Of a stretch of DNA of 33,840 bases, positions 1-12,743 are shown in pieces. The stretch is from contig NC_068983.1 of assembly GCF_001194135.2 (NCBI RefSeq), forward strand, positions 116,983,085-117,016,924, written 5' to 3'. The translations under genes were made by a program, and so were the position numbers. The notes below the pieces were generated by a model. It did no database searches, was not told the DNA's origin, and saw nothing but the letters and a program-made list of their open reading frames with translations. The DNA comes from Octopus bimaculoides. Its lineage: Eukaryota. Position 1 is the stretch's first letter, and each line of letters starts with the position of its first letter.

Positions 1-49
<49 letters not shown>
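1..49. repeat. (TA)n microsatellite, truncated by window start
   Basis: Perfect TA run. Confidence 0.98.
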
Positions 50-52
<3 letters not shown>

Positions 53-427
53 TATGTGTCAAGTGTATGGTTTTCTGTGTGTGAACATGAGTGTGCGTGA
101 CGGCATTGCATTTCCAGAATTGAACAACGTTGATATATTAGGAAATATATATCTTCATATCTCATGTGAGCAGGATATACAGTTTTTTTTCAATGGAAGC
201 ATCAGAGTGAAGCTTCCTTTCGTCCGCCATTGTCCATATATTTATTGCATATTTCAATATCATATTTTACGCTCTTTTATCGAGTCCTATATTTTTTTTT
301 TATATTTGTTATACGATGCATCAAACAGAAGCTTTCAATATGTTTTGTTAATTTGCTTTACATAATTCATGATTTAACTCTGTCACTGATGTTAAATAAT
401 CCTTTTTCTATTCTTCTCTGCAAACAT

Positions 428-520
428 ATATGCGTGTGTGTGTGCGTGCATGTGCGCGTGTGTGTTAGTGTGTGTGTGAGCATGCATGTGTGTGTTTGTG
501 TGATTATATTGTATGTATGC

Positions 521-580
<60 letters not shown>

Positions 581-680
581 TATGTATATATATTATATAT
601 ATACGCATACATATATATATCTATGTATGAATGTATATTCGTTTGTGTTCACGAATGTATGTATGCATGTATGTAGGTGT
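428..680. repeat. Compound (GT)n/(TA)n/(TATG)n low-complexity tract
   Basis: Imperfect GT repeats 428-500, perfect TA run about 522-571, TATG-like tail. Explains ORFs 230..676 and 367..612. Confidence 0.9.
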
Positions 681-1001
681 ATGTATTCATAGCATTATTT
701 ATGAGTATCGATTTTGAATAAATTTGATTATTGCAATTTCTAACGATTGTAAAGAGCCGTTCTAAATTAGAAATTATGTTTCGTGGAGAATTTTGCAGCT
801 TAAGCATATAAATCTCATTTCAAAGGAAAGGAAAATATATTAATATTCTTGCTTCATGTGACAACCCTAATATACTTTCTTGTTTACCCTAAAATGTGAT
901 AGTTTCAAGAGAAAGCTAATTGGTAAAACAATCTAAAGCTGCAACTTCTCAATCCTTTAATTGTTCTCTACGTATTACAAATAAAATTACTACGAAAATT
1001 A

Positions 1002-1215
1002 AGGACGTAATGTAGCAGAATCGTTAATGTGTCGACAAAAATACTTAAGAGACATTTCGTCCGTCTTTACGTTCTGGATTCAAATTCCGCCGAGGTCACC
1101 TTTGCCTTTCATCCTTTCGGAGTCGATAAAATAAGTTGAGCACTTAGGTCGATGTAATAAATTTGTTCCCCTCTCCCAAACTTACTGGTCTTGTCCCACA
1201 ATTTGAAACCAATAT
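1002..1215 (+). mobile_element. SINE family A (GGCGGCGAGCTG..CAGAA head), degraded copy 1
   Basis: Shares TTCAAATTCCGCCGAGGTC..TTTGCCTTTCATCCTTTCGGAGTCGATAAA with the copies at 1319 and 1516, and as reverse complement with 8945-9160. Confidence 0.8.
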
Positions 1216-1318
1216 TACTGCTAGAATTATACAATGCACTCGAATATCCTCTTTACTCCCACTTATGTGGTAAATCACATTTTGTATATATTACTGGCAT
1301 TATTATTATGTTTTGTAT

Positions 1319-1512
1319 GGCGGCGAGCTGCCAGAAATGTAACCACGCCGGGCGAAATGCTTAGCGGTATTTCGTCTGTCTTTACTTTCTGAATTCAAAT
1401 TCCGCCGAGGTCGATTTTGCCTTTCATCCTTTCGGAGTCGATAAATTAAGTACCAGTTGTGTACTGGTGTCGATCTAATTTCGGGCCTTGTGTCTAGAGT
1501 AGAAACGAATCT
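1319..1512 (+). mobile_element. SINE family A, copy 2
   Basis: Starts GGCGGCGAGCTGCCAGAAATG, B-box-like GAATTCAAATTCC, same core as neighbours, ends GGCCTTGTGTCTAGAGTAGAAA. Confidence 0.85.
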
Positions 1513-1515
1513 TTT

Positions 1516-1710
1516 GCACGCCGGACGAAATGCTTAGCGGCATTTCGCCTGTTACTCCGTTCTGAGTTCAAATTCCCCCGAGGTTTACTTTGCCTTTCAT
1601 CCTTCCGGAGTCGATAAATTAAGTTCCAGTGAAATTGTGGGGGTTGATGCAATCGACTAGGCTCCTCCCCCAAAATTTCAGGCCTTGTACCTATAATGGA
1701 AAGAATTATT
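1516..1710 (+). mobile_element. SINE family A, copy 3 (5'-truncated)
   Basis: GCACGCCGGACGAAATGCTTAGCGG...GAGTTCAAATTCC...TTTGCCTTTCATCC...GGCCTTGTACCTATAATGGAAAGAATTATT; abuts the gap. Confidence 0.85.
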
Positions 1711-2091
1711 NNNNNNNNNNNNNNNNNNNNNNNNNNNNNNNNNNNNNNNNNNNNNNNNNNNNNNNNNNNNNNNNNNNNNNNNNNNNNNNNNNNNNNNNNN
1801 NNNNNNNNNNNNNNNNNNNNNNNNNNNNNNNNNNNNNNNNNNNNNNNNNNNNNNNNNNNNNNNNNNNNNNNNNNNNNNNNNNNNNNNNNNNNNNNNNNNN
1901 NNNNNNNNNNNNNNNNNNNNNNNNNNNNNNNNNNNNNNNNNNNNNNNNNNNNNNNNNNNNNNNNNNNNNNNNNNNNNNNNNNNNNNNNNNNNNNNNNNNN
2001 NNNNNNNNNNNNNNNNNNNNNNNNNNNNNNNNNNNNNNNNNNNNNNNNNNNNNNNNNNNNNNNNNNNNNNNNNNNNNNNNNNNNNNNNNNN
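1711..2091. other. Assembly gap (381 N)
   Basis: Run of N. Confidence 1.
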
Positions 2092-2159
<68 letters not shown>

Positions 2160-2370
2160 TTGTCTGCGTCTTTGTGTTTGTCCTCTTGACAACCGGTGTT
2201 GGTGTGTTTACGTCTCGTAACTTAGCGGGTCGGCAAAGAATCCGATTGAGTAAGTACCAGGGTTAAAGAAAAAGAAAAAAATACTCGGTTCGATTCATTT
2301 CACTAAAAATTCCTCCAAGCAGCGCCCTAGTATAGCTGCAGGCTAAGGACTGAAGAAAAAGATAAAAGAA
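2092..2370 (+). mobile_element. (CA)n(TA)n followed by the 3' half of SINE family B
   Basis: TTGACAACCGGTGTTGGTGTGTTTACGTCTCGTAACTTAGCGG.TCGGCAAA matches the copies at 2663 and 17216; ends in GACTGAAG..AAAAGATAAAAGA tail. Confidence 0.8.
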
Positions 2371-2662
2371 CAAGATTTTTACACTATCTACTCTTTTTGG
2401 AGCCTCCTGCTTGCTTATATTTTGATATGAATATCATCGTAATAGCAAAGGCTACTACGATGACTTAAAAATTGACTGAAACTTAGTGTTTTTTCATTCT
2501 TACGTACCAAACTTATTTTTAATATCACAATTAAGATATATATTCGCGAATATTTAAGCCTTTTGAACAGTTTACTTCTTATTTCGTCCTTTTATACTGT
2601 TGGATTTAAAGTAGCTGTCGAACACTAGACACGTTGTAAGGCACACAAGTACCAACTGTTTT

Positions 2663-3087
2663 GGACGTGGCTGTGTGGTAAGAATTTTACTTCCCAAGCA
2701 TATGATTCCAAGTTTAGTCCTACTACGTGGTATCTTGGGCAAGTGTCTTCTACTATAGCCTCGGGCAAACCAATACATTGCAAGTGCATTTGGTAGAAAG
2801 GAATAATAAGTACATCGTATACATAAATTACATCTGTGTGTGTTGTTGTTGTTGCTGTTGTGTGTGTATGTGTGTGTGTGTGTGAGTGTGTGTCTGTGTC
2901 TGTGTTTCTACCAACCACCGCTTGAATACCAGTGGTCTTCAGTTTACATACCCGTAACTTAGCTGTTCGGTAAAAGAATAGCTACCAAGCTTAAAATAAC
3001 AGGAACTGGGGGTGGCTTCATTGGACTAAAAATTCTTCAGGGCCAGTCTAACATCTGAAACGAGGAAAAAAAAAGATAAAAAGAATA
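2663..3087 (+). mobile_element. SINE family B (tRNA-derived head, CORE-like CTTGGGCAAGT box, internal microsatellite), near full length
   Basis: GGACGTGGCTGTGTGGTAAGAA head, TTGGGCAAGTGTCTTCTACTATAGCCTCGGG, internal GT/GTT repeat, CCCGTAACTTAGC, A-rich tail; homologous to 17216-17556. Confidence 0.8.
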
Positions 3088-3270
3088 AGGTTAATACACT
3101 CAAGCTTTGTTCATGGTGACTATTCTCTCTTCACATACATAACACTGTGGCTAACTTTATATTAGTAACACCTGCTTATAAATGCTAATCAGTTTAATAA
3201 AGCCAATGAACTTCAAATATAACTCCTGGGTTTTCCCTAGGAATTTCGAATGTTCCTAATATGAACTGAA

Positions 3271-3480
3271 TTTTTTTACTTGTTCAGTCATTAGACTGCG
3301 GCCATGCTAGAACACCACCTTGATGAATTTTTAAGCCGAGTACTAATTCTAAGGAACACGTTTACCGAACCGCTAAGTTACGTAGATGTAAACATACCAA
3401 CACTGCAAGAGGGGTGGGGGCAGGCATAGTTGCAAACACGCACGATACATACTCACACACACGCACACACACATAAGAAT
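3271..3480 (-). mobile_element. SINE family B, 3' half
   Basis: TTACTTGTTCAGTCATTAGACTGCGGCCATGCT and CCGAACCGCTAAGTTACG are reverse complements of the family B tail. Confidence 0.75.
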
Positions 3481-3499
3481 ATGTATGCAATTGTGTGTA

Positions 3500-4300
3500 T
3501 ATAAATTTCCTTTCTATCCATCTTGATGTCTTCTGATACCCAAGAATAAATGGCACTATCTTCACCTTGTTCATTTTCCATAGCCAGGCTATTTCATACA
3601 TATCCTTCTCGACTATTCGTGGGACAAAGAGACATGCAACATCAAGTATATAGCATGTGTGGTGAGCCTTGTCCATCACTAGGTCCAGTCTGTTATGCTC
3701 TAGCACCTGATCTGCTTAGACTGAGAAATCTCGGAGGATTTTGCTATAGTCTCCGACTCCACCACTCGCTGAGGCTTCTGTTCATACCACATCTTGCCTC
3801 GCTCTAGCCCTCACTTATTGCACAGTTTCCAATGTAATACTTTCGCTACCTGATCGTGTTGCCACAACTTGTAATGGTTTTGGTCAAGACTAATGCGTTC
3901 GTTCGTGATATGGGCAACGGTTTCATCCACTCTATTGCAGATGCTGGTAACGGAGACACTTGCTCATTCCTCAGGTTGACCCTCCAGTTCGTGGCCAAAG
4001 CTTGGTCTTTAATTGCCAGTACAGTGATCTCGGTTTCTTTTTCCCAACAACTTCTGTTGTGGTTACATGGAATTGTGTAGTACCTTCTTGTGTAATTCTG
4101 CTTCATGACCTCTTTCTACTTCGTTTGTTTTCCATTTTCTCTGCTCTCAATACATCCTAAATCCTAATTGTCACTACGAAGGTTTCCTTACTTTGGGCTA
4201 GGTATGTAACGAAGCTCCCGAGTTCGATACGCACGCAATCTTCCACACTTATTAGTCCGCTTCCTCCAGTTGAAGGTGACTCTAGAGTAAATTATACGAA
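3500..4300 (-). mobile_element. Decayed non-LTR retrotransposon (R4/Dong-like, RLE type), C-terminal fragment
   Basis: Minus-strand translations give GGSGLISVEDCVRIE (RLYxxRxxGGRGL-type motif), ETEITVLAIKDQALAT, and QKPQRVVES..KILRDFSV*ADQVLEHNRLDLV..CYILDVAC, the restriction-like endonuclease RPD..D region. Stops and frameshifts present. Confidence 0.8.
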
Positions 4301-4301
4301 G

Positions 4302-4730
4302 CCCAGGATAGCCTTCATGACTACCCATCTGATATGGGTACACCAGGCACGTGCATCACAACCATATGTGCGCCACATGGTAATCTCATATCAAGATAAA
4401 CAGAGGACGAAGTTGCAGATGGGGCCTAGTTAGAATTTTCTTCAGGTCGGGTAGCCCATCTCGCTCAAAGGTCCCTGAATAAGGTTTGTTTAAAGATGTT
4501 GAACGAAACACCCATGTTTCCAAAGGTGAATTATCCAAACATCATAGAATTCCTCTCAACACATGGTTATGATGCTCCTCAACTACATGTGCTCGTGATC
4601 AGAGATGTACATATCGTCAGCCACTAAGGGACATACTCAACTGGTTAAGGTCAAACAACTGACAAGCAAATCTGTGGTACTGAGCTGGTGGGTGGTGCTG
4701 TAGCCCATCTTTTATACCAAGAGAAAACAG
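4302..4730. repeat. Probable interspersed repeat of unknown class
   Basis: GC-richer block with sharp boundaries between a LINE break and a SINE tail. It resembles a recurrent octopus repeat from memory only; no second copy in the window. Confidence 0.3.
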
Positions 4731-4732
4731 TA

Positions 4733-4763
4733 CGGCTGCAGTCAAATGACTGAAAAAAAAAGA
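4733..4763 (+). mobile_element. Isolated 3' tail of SINE family B
   Basis: GGCTGCAGTCAAATGACTGAAAAAAAAAGA matches the tail at 17515-17545. Confidence 0.6.
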
Positions 4764-4784
4764 TTTCTCCAGTTGTTAGTTTTT

Positions 4785-5205
4785 ATTGTTTGATCTTAGG
4801 CTGCTACAATTAGGCTCTCTTTTTCTTTTTTTTAATTGCCACTTTTTTTAACTAAGCCCAGGATTTTGTTCCACATACGTCTCCAATGGCTCCCCAAAAT
4901 TAGTCAAGCAGAGGTTTCTCTTCGATCAGTCTGACGTGTTCTTTTTGTATTTCATTCTTGTCCTTTTCTCCTATTTCGCGCTTTATCGTCTGTTCTTTAT
5001 TAACTGTCTTTAGCAGTTCTTCTGACATTTTTTCCATCTGTACACATTCTTCTACTGCTATTGAGTCTCTTCTACCTGGTCTCTCTTCAACTACAGCCGG
5101 TTGATATCAGCTCTTGGATGGTGGGCTCCATACAGCGTCAAAAACTTCCTAGTTTTTCTGTCAAGTTTCTTTATATCGTTTTTGATCCAGTGTGTAATTC
5201 CAATT
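4785..5205 (-). mobile_element. Second R4/Dong-like LINE fragment (post-RT region)
   Basis: GITHWIKNDIKKLDRKTRKFLTLYGAHHPRADINRL matches the conserved W...DRKTRK.L...G..HP..D..RLY block of RLE-type LINEs. Confidence 0.8.
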
Positions 5206-5249
5206 ATTATTACTACTACTACTACTACTACTACTACTACATCATCACC

Positions 5250-5327
<78 letters not shown>

Positions 5328-5352
5328 ATTGTTGTTGTTGTTGTTGTTGTTA
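5206..5352. repeat. Compound (TAC)n/(TAT)n/(GTT)n trinucleotide array
   Basis: Direct inspection. Explains the poly-Y/I/L/N ORFs at 5061-5421. Confidence 0.97.
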
Positions 5353-6820
5353 TCAGTAGTCATAGTAGCGAGATACATTAGTAATTGCAAGATAAGGAAA
5401 AATGTTTATATGGTGATATAAATAACTTCAATCTTTAAAGTTACGGAAATATGAATCCTAAGAAAAACACACTTGTTTTAGAAATCTCTTGTGTCAAGTG
5501 TGTCGATATTTCTCTTCAACGAAAATTGATCAACGTATTATTGTTGAAAATTGAAAAGCTATATGATATAATAAATATTACCTCAATGAATTCTTGGAGG
5601 AAGTCTTAGATGTGAAATTGTGAATGCTCTTTTTGTAAAGTGAATAATTTATAAAAGTTAGGAGTAAACAGTGGTGTATCCTAGCTGGCCAAATAGGATT
5701 TCATTGCATTTGTATTTCATACAATTAGCAGAACGAATTATAGCAACAATTTCCGGTATTGTGGCACTGTCTGTTCTGTGGGAATATTATAATTAAGTGG
5801 CTTGAACTGTATACTGCCATTTCTTCCTTCATCACACCCAAAAGAGTAAAACCTATCTGAATATGATTTTGACTAAAAGAAATGGTATATAGTACTAAAT
5901 TCAATTTAGTATTTCAGTGTGTTACAATAAAACATGATATTTATCATATTCGATTGAAACCAGGAGGACACACATATATTCACGAAGAAATATAATCGAT
6001 TATAACAACCAGTGTTTATCATTCGTAAATAGCTAACCTATGAAAGACCTCTTTGTCATTGTTCAATCCCTTAGAAACGATCCTCAAATCACATCTACAC
6101 TTCTCAAAACAAATCCTTTATAAGTTTTATAATGAATTATATAAAATGACAGGATGGCCAAGACAAAAAATGTATTGACCGTGAGTTTTCTTTATCAGCA
6201 TTGATCGGGTGCTACAAAAACAGAAATATTTAAGGGAATATCAGGGGTAGTATTTGTTCAAAATGCTCAGAGAGACGAAGCTAAAATATTAATATGAAAT
6301 TAGTCAGTTCTAGCGTATCTAACAATACACTGTCTTAAGATTTAAGACAATATCAAGCAAACACAAAATAAAAGTTTAAGCGAAAATGCTTTTATTCGAG
6401 TACCGATACATCAATATGATTTAAAACTTTTGATTGAGCAATTTCCATTCCATTACAATACAAATATTCTTCGGAAAATTATTCGCCATTTACATTTACA
6501 TTCTTTAAAATATACAACCCAGGTACCTAATTGACAGAATATAATATTAAGTGAAGAAAGAGAATTTTCATATTCTTCACTGTAACATCATAATCCACGG
6601 GATTCAGAGAACATCATGGCGTTCTCCAAATATTAGGGAAGTGGGGTAAAATGCCTTAGCATAGTTCAAGAGAGTGTATCAGAATTGTTCTGAAATTTGC
6701 TGCAGCAAAGCATTATGGATTGTTTGAAAACAATATAGATCAAAAGTATGTCTGCAATAATTTTCATGGGAACTTATACAAACTTACAACTGCATATGCA
6801 TACACACACAGGCATAACAT

Positions 6821-6965
<145 letters not shown>

Positions 6966-7341
6966 ACACAGCGACACAAACTTTATCTAAAAACTTATGC
7001 TTTTCATATCACAAGTATGATTAATTCAGAGAATATATTTCAAATCTCATTGATTATATATTCATTATTTCCAACAATAGACTTCTTAATTAATTCAAAT
7101 AATGTGGAATACCCAAATTCTTGTTTCATTGGTTCAGTCTATATTAATACCGAAATGACCTTGAAAGTATTTCGGCTGAATAATTCGATACATCGAGTTA
7201 AATAGGTAAATTTCCAGATTTTCACCCGGAAAATGTTTATTGGAAGAACGTAAAAGAGATCTAGAAAAACGTGTGGTATGAAATCGGAAAATTCATTTAA
7301 CATATATACCTTCATTGGTATCAATCAATATATATCAGTGT

Positions 7342-7711
7342 TGTTGGCACTCCGTCGCTTACGACGTCGCGGGTTCCAGTTGATCCGATCAAGGGAACAG
7401 CCTGCTCGTGAAATTAACGAGCACTCCACAGACACGTGTACCCTTAACGTAGTTCTCGGGGATATTCAGCGTGACACAGTGTGACAAGGCTGACCCTTTG
7501 AATTACAGGCACAACAGAAACAGGAAGTAAGAGTGAGAGAAAGTTGTGGTGAAAGAGTACAGCAGGGTTCGCCACCATCCCCTGCCGGAGCCTTGTGGAG
7601 CTTTAGGTGTTTTCGCTCAATAAACACTCACAACGCCCGGTCTGGGAATCGAAACCACGATCCTATGACTGCGAGTCCGCTGTCCTAACCACTGGGCCAT
7701 TGCGCCTCCAC
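7342..7711 (-). mobile_element. SINE family C (tRNA-derived), full length
   Basis: Reverse complement begins GTGGAGGCGCAATGGCCCAGTGGTTAGG (A box) and ..GGTTTCGATTCC (B box); homologous to 20636-21302 but lacks a 12-bp internal segment. Candidate 10-bp TSD ATATCAGTGT (7332-7341) / ATATAAGTGT (7712-7721), 9/10 identical. Confidence 0.92.
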
Positions 7712-8378
7712 ATATAAGTGTATTTGCAACTGAAAAAACAAAATATATAGATAACCTTATATAGTTCTTTCTAATTTAGGTGAAAGAAAGTCAGCGATTT
7801 TGAAGGGGGTCGGTTAGTGAATACCATCCTCTGTAAAAAAATTTCGTGATATTCCTGACTGCATTTACATTTCCAATTAGAATTATATTAAATCGCCTTT
7901 CTTTTCTCGAAATGTTTTTAAAAAATTCTGTGTTCCTTTTCAAACCAAATTTACTGGGCAATTGATTTTATTAGTTGTTCTGCAGTTTCATATCAGTGTT
8001 ATAACAGCAACATAGTAATCGTGAAGGAACAACAATGAAATGTTTTGTGTTGGTTCTGTCATGAAGATAGGGTGTGAACCCATGACTATTGTAGGTCTCT
8101 CGAGACAGAGATATCGATGGGATTAACGTTGCGTTTGAAAAGTTGGAAGTCGACATTAATGTTCCTCTTGAACGGTTGCAAATTGCTTTGTGAATTGATT
8201 CTACAAGCAGTGTCATAATTCTCAGCTGAGGACAATTACTTTCACTTATGCTGGTTATATATTTCAAGGAGGCATTTACGTTACAATTTTCAATCCTTAC
8301 AACAAGGTATACAAGTTCTCGTGCTTTACTATGTAAAATGAAAATTATATTTATATATTATATAAATGAATATATATG

Positions 8379-8381
<3 letters not shown>

Positions 8382-8417
<36 letters not shown>

Positions 8418-8450
8418 TGTGTGTGTGTGTGCGTGTGTGTATAGATATGG
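8382..8450. repeat. (TA)n(GT)n microsatellite
   Basis: Direct inspection. Confidence 0.95.
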
Positions 8451-8944
8451 GTATACATATAAAGAGCAGGTATACATATTCTTTGTATATTACTTCATAT
8501 ATATGGATAAGAAAATGGTCGAGGAAAAAGAAAAAAAGCACGAATGACATTACTAAACTGATCATATTTACAAGATTTTATGTAAGAAACTAGTCGATCA
8601 GCTGCCGTAATGTCTCTAACTACGTGTTAGTTGTAAATCACTTATATGTATCTAAGATCAGCAGCGATACTGGCTGTATTTCTTGTATATTCTTAGTAAT
8701 TGTATTGTTAATCATATTCATGTAGAACATGGTTGCATTCGCAGTTTAATAGGTTTACATTCAAGCAAAATCAAAGCAAACATCTTGGCAGTGTTTATAC
8801 ATATTTATATATTATTGTGCAACAAACAAATTCCTGGACTATCCGCACTAGTTATATGAATTTTCGTATACGGGGATAATCTTTTTCTTAAATACAGCTC
8901 TTCACCGGGTATTCCTCAAATATTAAATACTCAAAGTTGTAATA

Positions 8945-9160
8945 TTATGTCCAAATTTTGACAAAAGGCCAGCACTTTTGAGGGGAGGGAGTAAGCCGAT
9001 TACTTCGGCCCCAGTGCTCTACAGGTACTTATTTTATCGACCCTGAAAGGATGAAAGGCAAAGTCAACCCCGACGGAATTTATACTGAAAATATAAAGAC
9101 GGACGAAATTTCGCCAAGCTTTTCACCTAACGTGCTATCATTTCTGCTAGCTCACCACCT
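8945..9160 (-). mobile_element. SINE family A
   Basis: TTATCGACCCTGAAAGGATGAAAGGCAAAGTCAACC is the reverse complement of the family A core; ends TTCTGCTAGCTCACCACC (head). Confidence 0.85.
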
Positions 9161-12100
9161 TACTTCAAGTAGTAATATTCTCATTTGATTTCTTTAAGCA
9201 CAAACAAACATATTCACATTTAGTTAATGATCTTTACATATCTGCAAGTATAATTCGTTTCATATTTTTAATGTCGATGCATTCCTATTGTATATAGGGT
9301 TTCCAATTTTTCTATAATATTCAAATATTTGTGTCTATTGTAAGCTTCTGAAAATTGAGAGGAAACAAACAAAAACAGATCGTTATTTGTACGTAAATGA
9401 ATTTATGATGTAAAATGCTCTGATGTTAATTCTGTTACTAAAGAGTATTACATTTCTAATGTTCTCAAATGTATTTTAATTCTTTTGTCGACAATGAAAT
9501 TAGTCTTCTCCTTTTTATGTTTCTTTTATGATTTTGGTAACCTTCTTGCTTATAGGAAGTGTAGATAACACACAATACAGCAGACGTTAAACTAATGGAA
9601 AGGTAAGCGGTAAAGATACCGAAGAGTCGTCAGATCGCATCCTGCACTCAGTTCATGGTCAATATGCTGACAATGAAATTGCCTGCTACTACGATTTACA
9701 ACTGAGTAGCTCGAAGTATTACCACTTACTATTCCTAATAGAAACAGATCTGCAGACTTTATTAGTAATTTCTTTATGAGTCCTTGTTTAAGGAAAGTAA
9801 CGTGAAATAGACAGTATTCTATCCTGGTTGAGCTTTAACTCTCAATTTCCTGTCTCTACAAAAAATAACAGAGTTAACAGTCTTTAAGTATACATGTGTT
9901 TCGGGGAAAATCGCAAGAGAATGTATTCATATAGAAGTTTAATTCTTCGTATATAGCAAATAATCGTTTTCCGAAGTTTTAATACCAGTTTAAAGAAGAG
10001 GCGTGTGAGCTTAAGGAGGGATTAAGAGATAAGGCCTCTGTTCCCTACAATTACAGGAAATATTTTGATCATAACGTTAACGAGTCACACCGCTTGAAGT
10101 AGGTCATTGTCGAAGAAACCAATTGCACGTTTCAATAATTACAGTGATTTGTTTTGTTATGTCTAGTACGTTGCACCAAATTTTAATCGCAAACAAAAGA
10201 TTCTATTAGAAACAGCTGCACATTTATTTGAGTAAGTATCTTCTATATATTCTCAGACTGACTCATTCATTCAGAGTAAAACAGGGTAGGGGAAGCGCTG
10301 ATAACTCCCGCTGGTTTGATTGTATCTAATCTTGAGTAGCAGACTTAACTCGTGACATGTTTAAAATAAATTCGTAGATCTTAGATGTCTTTAGTAGAGT
10401 TCAGTCAAGTATTTGAATAAGACAATTAATTAGGGGATGACGAAGGAATCAGAGATTCTTCCTCTCTCTCTTTAATAATATTGGAGGCCCACCATATAGG
10501 TCAGGAACATTTGCCCTCCTCTGACTAGCCTATAAATAAAAAAGCGTTACTGATACATTACAGTTTGAGTCCAACACGAATTGAATTCGGAAACTCACGG
10601 CATAATATTTTTAATGATGTAGAGTAGTTCTATAATGTCAAATCATAGAAGTACCCTTGATTTCTATTTGAAAGAAAATATGGTTAATATACTGGCTCAA
10701 GATCAGAATCTGTAGGAAGCGATGGTTAATCATCGATCTGTACAAATCAGACACTATTGCATCCATTCAATACATTTAAGGTATGATAAAAATATTTTCT
10801 TATAAAGGAGCAAATTGCCAGATTTGTTAGTATAAAGTAAAATCAATGTCAGAATATAAGGACATGCAAATAAATACTGCAAACAATTTGTGTGAAAATC
10901 AAAGACTACTAGATTTAATGTAATGTTACAGTATTTTTACCAATACGGTAGCTTGAAAAGAATAACAACATTAGGTCAAAAACCTCGCGGCTGGCAGCAT
11001 CGTAGATTAACTCAACTGTTTTATATGAACAGCAATTGGCTGACCGAAGACAAAAGATTAAGTCACCCACTCCTGAATGGCATCTTCATACAGAACACTA
11101 ACAGCAAATAACAAATGCTATTAAGCATTTTTCATGCTTTGAGACTGATTTTTCTAAATTGTTTCCTTAATAGTCAATTTAATAATCTACGTCTTATTGT
11201 AGAGTATCATTGTTTTAATAACTCAAAACCGATAGACGGAAACAGCAGATATTTGTGTTAATAGTACTTAAACTGAATTTTCATATTTCGAAATTGACAA
11301 TGAAATATTCGATAATTTTAAGTAAAATTAATTTTACTTTTTATGGAATTTGAAATAAAAGCAATGAAATTTGTAAATTTGAGGAAGAGCCTGTTTATTG
11401 AAGTCAATTCAACAAATCATTCTTAGATGTATCTGATAAGAAAACACTATGTAGAAAGAAAATTGCAAACGTATAGGTGAATATAACATTAATGAATCTG
11501 TAGTTTATTTAATTATATAGATATATATGATGATTCGCTTGAACAAACGCTAATATTCCCGAAGATCAAATATGGAATTGTTATGCATGAGAGTAAAAGG
11601 ATGTTATTTTACTAATTTCTTTTGTATCCAGTACCTTTAATAAACAGCTAGGAATGCAGTAAGAAATCAGAGAAACATATGCAAAGGAAGTGAGAAAGTT
11701 AGCGCTTTTCAGCACATGTTAGTAAGCCTGACATAGACATTCAGACCAAAAGATAGTTGTGGCGATTTTTTCTCAGTTACTTTAAATTTGAAGGACCTGT
11801 AGCTAATTGAAGGAATTGGCATGTAATCTGAGTAATGATGATAAAAGCTTAAACTTAACATTGTGATATTCGCTGGCAATTTCATTCAGATATATAAAAT
11901 TGTTAACCAAATAGGAACAGTTTTCGACTACTTACGTTACAATATCGAATTAATTTAACCATTTTCACAAAAAAACTGCAAATAGAATTATATTTCAAAT
12001 TATAATAAGAGAAACAGTAAACATTTTTCAGTACGTTAGCAAACTGTTATAATATGAACTTCAGTGTTACTTACTATTGTCCGCGAAAAGTTTTTAGATT

Positions 12101-12743
12101 TCATCAAAACCCAAAAATACATAATTTAAAATATGTATAGAAACAAAACAAAATGCATTAACATCATGGATTATGAACATTATCTTAGAGCAATCATATA
12201 TGTACTGCTACTATATATACAAAGATTAGGATAAAATTGTATGGAATTAAAAGTTTTTAAAACAATATGGTTTTTTAGAGAACTATAACCTTTAATCGTT
12301 CGTGTTATAGTAAACCGTTTATCTTTTTAGTTTTTAAGAAATGTAGCTGTAAGTTGTTTCTTACTAATTACCTTTCAATAGACTTGATCGTCCACTTTTT
12401 CATATTTTAACAGTTTTATTATCATTTCCAAAGAGGAAGTGACTCATGAGCTCTGTTTGAAAACTATTTAAATAAAGACTGTAAAAAGCAAAATGTTTCT
12501 TTGAAATAATCCTTTATGCCAGAACAATAAATGTTGATGCAATGAAAATTTATGATTTTCAAGTTATTCATCATATCAATGAATGATTTTAAAAAGTCTA
12601 AAATGATAAAAATTAAAAAAATTATTTAAATCATTGTTGAAATAGTTTATGCAGATTATTCAGTCATGGAGTTCGCGTAATGATATTGTTTAAATTATTT
12701 CTTAGATAAATATTTTTCCGCAAATTCTAGTGTTTGCTTCCTT

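Noticed and set aside
48-676. ORFs of 81-148 aa at the window start
   Set aside because: Driven by dinucleotide repeats and AT-rich sequence; no recognisable domain.
1494-2220. ORFs of 147-232 aa
   Set aside because: Open only because they cross the N gap and (CA)n.
5061-5421. Poly-N/I/L/Y ORFs
   Set aside because: Trinucleotide array translations; only the LINE-derived tail is meaningful.
7971-8267. 98-aa minus-strand ORF and a short plus-strand open stretch (VSRDRDIDG..)
   Set aside because: No motif recognised and no convincing splice context.
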